From: Chthonomonadales bacterium
Lineage (GTDB): Bacteria; Armatimonadota; Chthonomonadetes; Chthonomonadales; Chthonomonadaceae
Direction of reading: 5' to 3'
DNA: 33,070 nucleotides
Assembly: GCA_038217285.1 (NCBI GenBank)
Contig: JBBQPO010000026.1
Span: 1-33,070, forward strand
Positions 17,982-26,694 of the stretch are shown here, piece by piece. A model generated the notes under the pieces. The model was not told the DNA's origin and did no database searches. It was given only the letters and a program-made list of their open reading frames with translations. Position numbers and translations under genes: made by a program. Every line of letters begins with the position of its first letter. Within the stretch, counting starts at the first letter, position 1.

Positions 17982-18197
17982 CTATCTGTGGTAACGGCTA
18001 TTGGCTTGATTTAGCTTTCGCTGGGCGAATGCGGCAACGATGGCAGGGCTCGGCCCCTTATGACGCTCAACTTCGTTGTAGCAGTCAAAAGCTACGGCTT
18101 TTTCGGTGGTGACGGAAGTCACGCGATTTGGCCGTATGGTATAGTTTTCGGGCTCGTTATTTGACGTGTTTGTTGTTGGCTTGTCAGTGGAGATCAT
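17982..18197 (-). CDS. Putative antitoxin of the GNAT toxin
   Basis: Its stop abuts the toxin ATG (TAGATG); AGGGGG RBS; C-terminal GPSPAIVAAFAQR resembles DUF1778/TacA tails. Confidence 0.6.
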   Translation of the reverse strand: MISTDKPTTNTSNNEPENYTIRPNRVTSVTTEKAVAFDCYNEVERHKGPSPAIVAAFAQRKLNQANSRYHR

Positions 18198-18740
18198 GAT
18201 CTTATCCCCCTATGTTTCAGATTGGCGCACTCAACAGTAGATCGGATGCGCCCGTTTTTTGTTCGCTCAAATTCAGAGGGCATAGCAAAGCTGCCCATAT
18301 GAACAGAAGCTGTCCAATTATATTGTAACACATCTGTTGCAACATGTCCATAGCTGCGGGGAAATAGGTGCCGAATCAGCAAGAAGGATTTTTCCCTCTG
18401 TTGTGCCTTCGCCGTGCGGAAGGTCATAAAGGCTGAAGAGATCGCGAAGGAGGAGGGAAAGGCCGCGCGGCAGGTCTAGCTCGTTCAGCACAGAGATGTG
18501 CTGTAACACCAGAAGAGCGACGGGGCAGATACACACGATCAAGATTGTTGCGCGTTAAGAGCCGCTTGCTTAAGATCTAGCGCTAAGCGGCCGTTTGACG
18601 GGACGGTAACTTTTTCGGAGTAGACCAGCCGGAACCGGGTTCCTACATTATCATGGAGATTCTGCGCGTCACGAATCTCGAACACCTTCTCATCATGCAG
18701 TGCGTTCGAATGCAACCTGTGATCACGGCCAGCAGCGCTT

Positions 18741-20168
18741 TCACGACGTAACGACAGGCCGACGCAGATTGGGAAGCAGACCGAGGCTGTACAAGAGCGC
18801 CGCTACGAGGAGGCCGGGGAACATCGGCTGCCAGCCGAGGGGGAAATGCGGGTCGGCAATGCCACCGTGCCGCCAGCCCCAAAGCAGCCAGAATAGTGCG
18901 GTAGAAGCGCCGCCCAGCATGGAGAGGAAGGCGAAGTGCGGCGTGGCTTTCCAGCGGGGGGAGGGAGCATACGCGCCGAGCAGGGGAATCAGCATGCCAG
19001 GCACATAGACGTTGCCGAACGCGTACCACTGCTGCACCACCGAGGGAACAGTCAGCGCCACGCCCAGAGCGAACAGGGAGGCGGCGATGAGGCCGTAACG
19101 CGTGTAGTGAGGCACCTTCGATTCGTCGGGGTCGCTGCGGAGACGCCAGATGAGGTCGCGGCCGACCGTGGCGGCGGCGATGAAGGTGTAGGAGACGAGG
19201 CTCGCCATAATGGGTGCCAGCATTCCGACATAGAACAGCCCCTTCAGGCCCGCCGGGAGCACCCGCTCGGCGAGCGCTGGGAAGGCCATCGTCGTGTCGG
19301 CGAGACCGGGCACAAGCGCGCGGGCGAAGAGGCCGGTCGTGGTAGTCAGGCTGTCGAAGAGCATCCAGCAGAGCACCGCAATCAAGATGCCGACCGCAGC
19401 GGTACGCGGCGTTTTAGCCGCATAACAGCGCTGGTGAAAGCCGGGGTCGCTCAGGGTCTGGAGCGCAATGAAGAACCAGACAGCGGCCCAGGCCCTATCG
19501 TGCGTTCCCAGGAGCTTGAGATGCGTGGGCGGCAGGCTCGCCGTGTGCAGGAGGTAGGCGAATCCGCCGAACTTCGCCAGACAGATCCCCGTCACCATGA
19601 GAAATCCCGTAAACATCAGCACGAACTGCAGGGTGTTAACCCGCACATCCGACAGGAACCCTCCCCGAAACACATAGGCCACTGAGAAGAGAATCCCGAC
19701 GATCATGGCGAAGAGGCGAGGCCAGCCGAAAAGCAGTTGCAGCAGCGTGCCGGTCATCAGGACGTAGGCGGCGGGCGCGGCGTAGAAGAAGGCGAAACAG
19801 GCGGCAAGCACGGCGGTCTTGCGGTCGTAGGCCTGCGCGAACTTGTCGGGGATGGTGTAGAGATGGGCGGCTCCGCCCCGCACCCGCCGTGCCAGAAAGA
19901 GCGCGAACAGCACCGCGAAGACGTAGTAGGGCAGCCCGTTGGACACCCACGCCGCCACCCCATCGGTATAGACAAACTCCCCCGCCCCGAGGATGCCTCC
20001 GTACCAGGTCGCCACCAGCGTCGCCACGAACACCGGAATCGTCAGGCTGCGGTTGGCGATCATATAGCCTTCCGTGTCCTCTTTGCGCGGCCAGAACCCG
20101 ACCACCAGCAGAAAGAGAACATAGAGGCTGAGCGGCAGCCAGTCTAGCGGTTGAAAGACAGCGTGCAT
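18741..20168 (-). CDS. Sodium:solute symporter (SSS) family transporter, probably for thiamine or a precursor
   Basis: YMIANRSL, ATWYGG, QRCYAAK, LPAGLKGL, many TM helices; ATG at 20168 is 1 nt after the thiN stop. Confidence 0.9.
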   Translation of the reverse strand: MHAVFQPLDWLPLSLYVLFLLVVGFWPRKEDTEGYMIANRSLTIPVFVATLVATWYGGILGAGEFVYTDGVAAWVSNGLPYYVFAVLFALFLARRVRGGAAHLYTIPDKFAQAYDRKTAVLAACFAFFYAAPAAYVLMTGTLLQLLFGWPRLFAMIVGILFSVAYVFRGGFLSDVRVNTLQFVLMFTGFLMVTGICLAKFGGFAYLLHTASLPPTHLKLLGTHDRAWAAVWFFIALQTLSDPGFHQRCYAAKTPRTAAVGILIAVLCWMLFDSLTTTTGLFARALVPGLADTTMAFPALAERVLPAGLKGLFYVGMLAPIMASLVSYTFIAAATVGRDLIWRLRSDPDESKVPHYTRYGLIAASLFALGVALTVPSVVQQWYAFGNVYVPGMLIPLLGAYAPSPRWKATPHFAFLSMLGGASTALFWLLWGWRHGGIADPHFPLGWQPMFPGLLVAALLYSLGLLPNLRRPVVTS

Positions 20169-20169
20169 T

Positions 20170-20817
20170 TCAGATATCCCGGCGTTTGAGATGACAGACG
20201 AGAATGGCTCCGCCCTCGACGCGCACGCGCACCTGATCGGCCGCAGCGCGGTTGCTGACCCCGCGCGACGCGAACTGGAGGGTTTCGTTGTAAAGCGGCC
20301 AGCGCACCCCGGTGAGGGTGATGGAGGCCAGCCCATCGAAGGAGAGCAGGGAGATCGTATCGTCGGGTTCGGTAGACAGGAGGCACTCTCCCGGCGCATC
20401 TGCCGTTCCCGAAAGCGCCAGGACGGTCGTGTCGGCGGTTCGTAGCGTGATCGGCAGCGCAAGATGGTGCCGCAGGAGGATGGCGAACGCTGCCAGCGTA
20501 TGGTCGAGGCGGCTGCCGGTCGCGCCGATAATCGTCACGGCGGTCGCGCCCTGTTCCTTCGCCACGGTCAGCGCTTTTTCGAGATCGGCCTGCTCCTGAT
20601 CGGGGGTCGGCAGGAAGCGGGCGTTCGGAAGCGCTGTCTGCGCGACCTCCATGCGGATCGAATCGAAGTCGCCGCAGACGATGTCGGGCGTGAGGCCCAG
20701 GTCGGCGGCCTCATGGGCCGCGCCGTCCGTTGCGATGAGGAGGTCGTGTTCGGCGGTGATCCGCTGCGCCCACGCTGCGGCGGGCGGCTCTCCATTGGCA
20801 AGTATCAGTACGCGCAT
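20170..20817 (-). CDS. thiN: Thiamine pyrophosphokinase
   Basis: ILANG, ATDGAA, PDIVCGDFDS, DLEKAL, GATGSRLDHTL, GVRWPL, RGVSN. Confidence 0.93.
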   Translation of the reverse strand: MRVLILANGEPPAAAWAQRITAEHDLLIATDGAAHEAADLGLTPDIVCGDFDSIRMEVAQTALPNARFLPTPDQEQADLEKALTVAKEQGATAVTIIGATGSRLDHTLAAFAILLRHHLALPITLRTADTTVLALSGTADAPGECLLSTEPDDTISLLSFDGLASITLTGVRWPLYNETLQFASRGVSNRAAADQVRVRVEGGAILVCHLKRRDI

Positions 20818-20840
20818 AGCCTACAGGATACCCTATTGGG

Positions 20841-22022
20841 CTATTCGCGCAGCAGTTTGCCGCCGGGAAGCAGCCGGAAACGTTCGCCGCGCCAGACGAT
20901 TCGGCTGCCGCAGTAGCTGCCCATGTAGAGCGCAAAGCCGAGCAGATCGCTGAGAGGGAGGAGCGGCAGGAAGCGGGCGATGTTGGGATCGCGGGTGTAG
21001 CGATGCGCGACGAAGAGGGCCACGCCGAGGCGCAGCAGCAGCACCGCGCCGAAGGTCAGCCAGCCGTAGAGGGCGAAATGGGAGGCGAGAAGAAACAGCA
21101 GGGCCAGCGCGATGCCGTGCGTGATGACGGCGCCCGCGTAGCCTGCAGGCCGACACGAGCGTACTGTGCGCGCCCAGCGCAGACGGCGCGACCACATCGG
21201 GCCGAACCGCTCCGCGCCCAGCACATCGTCCACGATTACATCGGAGAGTACGACGGTATAGCCCGCCTGCGCCGCACCGTTGCCGAGACGAAAATCGTCC
21301 GCCAGCTCGTCGAACAGCGCTTCGAACCCGCCAAGCTCCGCGAGCACCGATTTCGGCAGGGCGATGGTCGATCCGAAGGCGAACGAGACGCCCTCCAGCG
21401 CCCGACTCACAAGCGCGCTCGGAATGAAGTCGGAGCCGATGCCCAGCGCCTCCAGGGCGGCGGGCAGGCTCTCCGGGGCGCAGCCGCGATAGGGACACGT
21501 CACCAGCCCGACACCGCGTCCCGTCGTCGCTTCCTCCGGTCGAAACGGCGTGACCAGACGGCGCAGGTAGTCCGGTTCCACGCGCATATCGCTGTCGCAC
21601 AGCACCAGCAGATCGTGTTTCGCCGTCGGCAGCATGGCAGCCAGGTTGCAGACCTTGCGGTTGGGCCCGCGCATGGCTTCGGGGCCGGGGCGCACGATTT
21701 CGATGTCGCGCTCCGGAAACTCCGCCTGCAACCGCTCGGCCAGTGCCAGTGCCGGATCGTCTGCGTCGAGGGCGCTGAACAGCAGTTGCACCCGGTCGGC
21801 AGGATAGTCCAGGCGGCAGAACGAGACGAAGTTCGCGTAGGCATGGGCATCGACGCCGCGCACCGGTTTCAAAATGGTGACGGGCGGCAGAAACTCTGGC
21901 GTCAGGGCCGTGCGAGAACGCGCCCACTTGCGCGCCGCCCAGATCGTCAGCCCGGAGTAGAAAACGAACGCCGCCAACATCAGATTTAACACGAAGTGCA
22001 CGATCAGCATCATGAGGGCCAT
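20841..22022 (-). CDS. hpnI: HpnI-like / ceramide glucosyltransferase-family GT2 (hopanoid-associated)
   Basis: PPVTILKPVRG, GPNRKVCNL, DSD, GLVTCPYRG, LADDFRLG, RRLRWART, WRGERF. Confidence 0.85.
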   Translation of the reverse strand: MALMMLIVHFVLNLMLAAFVFYSGLTIWAARKWARSRTALTPEFLPPVTILKPVRGVDAHAYANFVSFCRLDYPADRVQLLFSALDADDPALALAERLQAEFPERDIEIVRPGPEAMRGPNRKVCNLAAMLPTAKHDLLVLCDSDMRVEPDYLRRLVTPFRPEEATTGRGVGLVTCPYRGCAPESLPAALEALGIGSDFIPSALVSRALEGVSFAFGSTIALPKSVLAELGGFEALFDELADDFRLGNGAAQAGYTVVLSDVIVDDVLGAERFGPMWSRRLRWARTVRSCRPAGYAGAVITHGIALALLFLLASHFALYGWLTFGAVLLLRLGVALFVAHRYTRDPNIARFLPLLPLSDLLGFALYMGSYCGSRIVWRGERFRLLPGGKLLRE

Positions 22023-22023
22023 A

Positions 22024-22422
22024 TCAATGTGTCCCGCCACTGCCGCCGCGCTCGCCCCATCCTACGACGATCACGCCGAACGTGATGATCAGCACCCCGG
22101 CCCAGCGTGTCGGGGAGACGTGTTCGCCGAGATAGTACTTCGCCAGCAGCGCGCCGAGCAGATAGGAGACCGCTGTCAGCGGCAGCACGAAGCTGAGGTC
22201 GGCCCAGCGCAGCGCCAGCATATAGAGGCCGAAATAGGCGGTCATCAGGATCGTCCCGCAGATCACATAGCGGTTCAGCACGGCCCGCGCCTGCATCAGG
22301 CCCGAGGCTGTCGGCACATTGGTCAGCTTCATCCCCTTCGAGAGCAGCGCCTCCCCGAGCGATACCGCCAGCGTCGCCAGCAGCATTACCACGACTACCT
22401 TCCACTTCTCTGCCGTCAACAA
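22024..22422 (-). CDS. Small EamA/DMT-family membrane protein
   Basis: Four hydrophobic helices; ADLSFVLPLTA, LGEHVSPTRWAGV. Confidence 0.85.
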   Translation of the reverse strand: MLTAEKWKVVVVMLLATLAVSLGEALLSKGMKLTNVPTASGLMQARAVLNRYVICGTILMTAYFGLYMLALRWADLSFVLPLTAVSYLLGALLAKYYLGEHVSPTRWAGVLIITFGVIVVGWGERGGSGGTH

Positions 22423-22512
22423 ATCCCTCCCCCAGGCACACAGGCCGCCATTTCTCCCTATTCTACCTCACGGCACAGAGTCCCATCGCAGCCTGCCTCC
22501 TTCAAAAGACAA

Positions 22513-23328
22513 CTATCGGTCCTTTCCCGTCGTGGGCTTGTCGCCGATAGTCTTCAGAGGCGTGTAGCGGGTCAGTTCGTCGAGGAAGTCTTCGATCACC
22601 TCGTCCTCGGTTTCGGTCCAGTCGGTCTGAAGAAACGTGCGGCTGCCGATCTTGCTGACAGGATGCAGCACTTCGGTCGTCTCGTGCAGCACTTCCTTAC
22701 CGTCGGGCAGGATCAGCCAGAAGCCCATCTTACCGCGCACTTTCGGACTGTCGTAGCTCAAACCGGCCAGGGGGTCGAAAAGGTAGTTGCCGCCACTGCG
22801 ACGCGGCTCGTCCAGAGTGCAGAGCAGCACGGCATCGGCATGCAGACGTAGGGCGAGTGCGCGGACGGCAACGCTCTCCGGCGCTGCAAAGCCCTTGCCC
22901 TTCATCTTCCCTCCGTTTTGAAAGAGCATCTGCGGCGTCAGCTTCAGATCTTTCAGCGCAGCCGCGAACTCTTCCAGCGAAACGACCTCGAAGTTCGTGC
23001 GCGCCTTGATGCGCTGCGTCAGCCACTCCCGCGCGTGGGTTTCCAGAGTGCGAAGCTGGCCCGCATACTCGGCTAACTTCGCATCCGGTCTGTCTTTTTC
23101 CGGATGCGCCTTCTGTTCGTCCAGCTTGCTCAGGGTCTCCGTCCCAAAAAACGGTGGCACGACGACGACACGCTGCACCTTCGCCAGTTGAGCGCGGCGT
23201 CTCTCCCCTGTCGCATCCGCTCGTGCGCACAGAGACAGGAACAGACAGGAGCCGGAAAGCAGGAGAACTGCCATCATCCGAACAAAGAGAACAGGAAAGC
23301 GTTGCATAGGGTTTTCCTTTCTCGCCAT
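22513..23328 (-). CDS. Hypothetical exported protein (alternative start 23307)
   Basis: N-terminal signal-peptide-like hydrophobic stretch ending ARA; long ORF with coding-like usage. Confidence 0.75.
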   Translation of the reverse strand: MARKENPMQRFPVLFVRMMAVLLLSGSCLFLSLCARADATGERRRAQLAKVQRVVVVPPFFGTETLSKLDEQKAHPEKDRPDAKLAEYAGQLRTLETHAREWLTQRIKARTNFEVVSLEEFAAALKDLKLTPQMLFQNGGKMKGKGFAAPESVAVRALALRLHADAVLLCTLDEPRRSGGNYLFDPLAGLSYDSPKVRGKMGFWLILPDGKEVLHETTEVLHPVSKIGSRTFLQTDWTETEDEVIEDFLDELTRYTPLKTIGDKPTTGKDR

Positions 23329-23559
23329 CCTTGAAGCGATCTAACCTATAGTCGCGCTTCTCGAAATAGTACCTATGCCCTTATACGCAAACGCCGACGC
23401 ATTGTGCCACCATACTCCGAGAAGAGAACGTACCGATAGAGCCGACGGTCGATGAACTCGCTCCGATACTGAGGATGCCGTACTCTCAAGCAATTTTTCT
23501 CTCTCCGCTACGTCGTTTTGCATAGCCGTTATCGAGAACCGCTATGTTAGGAAGCCATT

Positions 23560-25599
23560 ATGAAACAGATATGTTCTCTGTTGTATCTCACTTCAATGTG
23601 TCTTATCGGAGGGGCGCACGCCTCTCAACCAGGATCTGTCAACGCGGCCAACGCGCGAACAGGCAATAAGGCGGTTGTTCTTGCGTCGCCTGACAGAAAC
23701 ATCCAGGTCGAGTTCGACGTATCTGCTCCCCCTGGAAGCGCCTCCCTTGCGCGTTACAGCGTCTCCTACAAACATAGATATTTGATCCGACAGGCGGCGT
23801 TGGGCCTCGACCTTGCGCCTGCCGGGTCATTGAACAACCTCCGCGTTCTTCGGGTGGCATTCCAACACCGGGACAAGGTCTATAGGGTTTTTCCCGGCAA
23901 GACCAGTCAAGTACGGGATCACTATGAGGAAGCCACCGTTTCGCTGGAAGAACAGTCCGAACCCCACCGCCGCATGGAACTGGTCTTTCGGGCGTATGAT
24001 GATGGCGTTGCTTTCCGCTACAGGTTTCCTCAACAGTCCGCTTTATCGAACCTGACGATTACGCAAGAGCATTCGACCTTCGCTTTCGTCGGGAATCCCA
24101 GGGCGTACACGCTGCCTCTCCCTTCGTTTACGACACCGTATGAGGCTTACTATCAGCCGGTTCCGTTGCAAACGGTCTCCTCCAAGTCGCTGCTCGCCCT
24201 TCCGCTCCTGCTGGAGTATCCAGACAATATCTGGGTCGGCATCACGGAAGCCGATCTGACCGATTACGCAGGTATGTATCTGATCGGCAGATCCGACGCA
24301 CCCGGCACACTTGAGAGTCGCCTCTCCCCCCATCCTGACAATCGGCAGATCGCGGTGCAGGCTGCTTTGCCGCACGTCTCTCCGTGGCGCGTGCTCATGA
24401 TTGCCGACCAACCCGGTAAGCTGATCGAGTCGAACTTGATTACCAACCTCAATCCGCCCTGCGCCCTCAAAGACACCTCCTGGATCAAGCCCGGCAAGAC
24501 GACCTTCCCCTGGTGGAACGGCTATGCGGTCGGCGATGCCGCCGGCTTTGCAGGGGGATTGAACACCCAGACGATGAAGCACTACATCGACTTCTGCGCG
24601 GAGCAGGGCATTGCCTATCACTCTCTGGACGGCATGGACAACGTCGCCTGGTACGGGGGTCCCATCGTTCCCTATCAGGGCGCGGACATCACGCATAGCC
24701 TGCCGGCCATCGATCTGCCCGGCGTCATCGCTTACGCCCACCAAAAGGGAGTTCGCTTGCGATTATGGATGAATGTGGGAGCCCCGCGGGCGCATATGCA
24801 GACCGCCTTTCCCCTCTATGAGAAGTGGGGAATCGAAGGCGTCATGGTGGATTTCGTGGAACGCGACGATCAGGAGATGATCAACTTCATCCATGACCTT
24901 GTCGCCCTTGCCGCAAAACATCACCTTACCGTCACCCTCCACAACATCTCCAAGCCTACCGGCCTCAGCCGTACGTACCCGAATTTGCTGACCTTGGAGT
25001 CCGTTTATAATTTGGAGTACGACAAGTGGGATCCGGTAGGCAGCACTCCGGAACACGAGTTGATCGTGCCGTTTACCCGTATGCTGGCAGGGCCTCTGGA
25101 CTACCATTCCGGTTCGTTCCGCAATGTCACGCAACAGCAGTTCAAACCTCAGAATGTCGCGCCCGTCACGATCGGCTCGCGGGCACGACAAATCGCGCGG
25201 TATGTCGTGTATGAGGACTATCTGCCGATGGTCGCCGATTATCCCGCCGCGTATCGCGGCCAGCCTGGATTGGAATTTATGACCCAGATACCAACGGTTT
25301 GGGACGAGACGAAGGTACTCAACGGAGAAGTGGGAAAATACATTACGATAGCGCGCCGCTACGGCAAGCAGTGGTACGTTGGCGCCATGACCGACAGCAG
25401 CGCGAGAAACCTGGCCATTCCCCTGCGTTTTCTAGGCTCCGGCCACTATACGGCGGAGATCTATGCAGACGATACCGTTCACGCCGATCAGCCAACGCAT
25501 CTGCTCCTTCGACGCCAAAACGTGACTGCGGCAGATACCGTTGCCGCCGCTTTGAATCCGGCAGGCGGTTATGTCCTGCGCTTAACGCCGACGCCGTAA
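23560..25599 (+). CDS. Glycoside hydrolase family 97, secreted
   Basis: Signal peptide, SPD, FRAYDDGVAFRY, SPWRV, SWIKPGK, YIDF, GVMVDF, PTGLSRTYPN, PFTRMLAGPLDY, IPTVWDET. Confidence 0.93.
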   Translation: MKQICSLLYLTSMCLIGGAHASQPGSVNAANARTGNKAVVLASPDRNIQVEFDVSAPPGSASLARYSVSYKHRYLIRQAALGLDLAPAGSLNNLRVLRVAFQHRDKVYRVFPGKTSQVRDHYEEATVSLEEQSEPHRRMELVFRAYDDGVAFRYRFPQQSALSNLTITQEHSTFAFVGNPRAYTLPLPSFTTPYEAYYQPVPLQTVSSKSLLALPLLLEYPDNIWVGITEADLTDYAGMYLIGRSDAPGTLESRLSPHPDNRQIAVQAALPHVSPWRVLMIADQPGKLIESNLITNLNPPCALKDTSWIKPGKTTFPWWNGYAVGDAAGFAGGLNTQTMKHYIDFCAEQGIAYHSLDGMDNVAWYGGPIVPYQGADITHSLPAIDLPGVIAYAHQKGVRLRLWMNVGAPRAHMQTAFPLYEKWGIEGVMVDFVERDDQEMINFIHDLVALAAKHHLTVTLHNISKPTGLSRTYPNLLTLESVYNLEYDKWDPVGSTPEHELIVPFTRMLAGPLDYHSGSFRNVTQQQFKPQNVAPVTIGSRARQIARYVVYEDYLPMVADYPAAYRGQPGLEFMTQIPTVWDETKVLNGEVGKYITIARRYGKQWYVGAMTDSSARNLAIPLRFLGSGHYTAEIYADDTVHADQPTHLLLRRQNVTAADTVAAALNPAGGYVLRLTPTP

Positions 25600-25674
25600 G
25601 TCTACTGAAGGAAGTCGTATCGCGATAGCCGCCAGCGCTCGTCCTTGTGTCTGAAGCAGCGTCGCGCCAGAACG

Positions 25675-26577
25675 CTAGCGCATGTGCAAGAGGACGCCGG
25701 TCAGCCAGACCCAGTGCATGGTGCTGAACATGGCGAAGTTCAGGCCGAGTGCGAAGAGGGTCAGGGCGTTGTTGGGATAGAGGCGGTTGCGGAAGAGAAC
25801 GGTCAGGTCGAACAAAATCCAGAGGGTTCCCAGCGCCATTGCGAGGCTGAAATAGGGGTTTTTGAACGCCCAGGTGACGAGAGCCGTCTCCCCTGCCAGC
25901 ATCGCGACCAGCAGGATCTTCGCGGGCACGATCCCGAGGCAGATCGCGGTCGTGCGTCGGCCCGCCTCCTTGTCGGGAACGATGTCCATGATCTGCCCGA
26001 ACAGGTGCGAGTGCATGGCGAACGTGGCGCTGAACAAGAACGTGGCCCAGGGCAGTTGCGGCACACCGTTCAGCCAACTGCTGAGCGGAAATACCAGCAG
26101 GTAGCCCGCCTGGTTCAGCATATCGAGCGGCGCATGGCTTTTGAAGGGAAACTGCGGACGATTGTAGAGCCAGTTCACCAGCAGGACGGCGGCGAACCAG
26201 ACCAGCGTTTTCCAGCCGAGCAGGAGCAGAAAGGCGAGGAGAAAAGGCGCCTGCACCAGCGCGATAAGGTGCGGCAGGCGCGCCAGTTGGGCGTCGGTTC
26301 CTCTCGCGCCAAAGATCAGACTGTCTTTGCGCGGATTGAGGCGATCCGTCACCCGGTCGGCGAGATCGTTCCAGCCGTAGAGCAGCAGTCCGAGCGGAAA
26401 GGTGCAGTAGACCAGGCCCAGCCAGAACGCGGGAGTGCCGAACATATTCCGTTGCCCCACAGGCAGCAGATAGAACCAGACCGCCGTTGACCAGAAACCA
26501 GGACGGGCCGCTTTGAGAATAAAGAGCAGTTCCGAGCGGAGAGAGGAAGCCGAGGTTGGGGACGACGCAAGCGACAA
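25675..26577 (-). CDS. UbiA-family prenyltransferase, lycopene elongase (CrtEb/LyeJ)-like
   Basis: ARPGFW, NDxxDxxxD (YGWNDLADRVTDRLNPRK), YNRPQFPFK, DIVPDKEAGRRTTA, multiple TM helices. Confidence 0.85.
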   Translation of the reverse strand: MSLASSPTSASSLRSELLFILKAARPGFWSTAVWFYLLPVGQRNMFGTPAFWLGLVYCTFPLGLLLYGWNDLADRVTDRLNPRKDSLIFGARGTDAQLARLPHLIALVQAPFLLAFLLLLGWKTLVWFAAVLLVNWLYNRPQFPFKSHAPLDMLNQAGYLLVFPLSSWLNGVPQLPWATFLFSATFAMHSHLFGQIMDIVPDKEAGRRTTAICLGIVPAKILLVAMLAGETALVTWAFKNPYFSLAMALGTLWILFDLTVLFRNRLYPNNALTLFALGLNFAMFSTMHWVWLTGVLLHMR

Positions 26578-26589
26578 AGCGGCCTCGTT

Positions 26590-26694
26590 TCAGCGCGGAG
26601 AGGGGGCTTCCGTCACGAGATCGCCAATGCTCCGAAAGTGGCGAACATTGAACGTGCAGAGCGTCAGAATGTCCGAGTCGAGAAGACGCTTCAT
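26590..26694 (-). pseudogene. VapC/PIN toxin remnant with an in-frame internal deletion (34 aa)
   Basis: Translates MKRLLDSDIL-TLCTFNVRHFRSIGDLVTEAPSPR*, i.e. a PIN N-terminal LLD[ST]D motif joined to a PIN C-terminal TFNxRHF motif. ATG overlaps the upstream stop (ATGA). Not in the ORF track. Confidence 0.78.

Noticed and set aside
18194-18640. Short ORFs and a weak hairpin (CCGCTT...AAGCGG) in the AT-rich intergenic region
   Set aside because: No recognisable motifs, RBS or RNA family signature.
20169-20462. 98-aa N-terminal extension of the SSS ORF in the track
   Set aside because: It overlaps thiN in another frame; family similarity starts at Met 20168.
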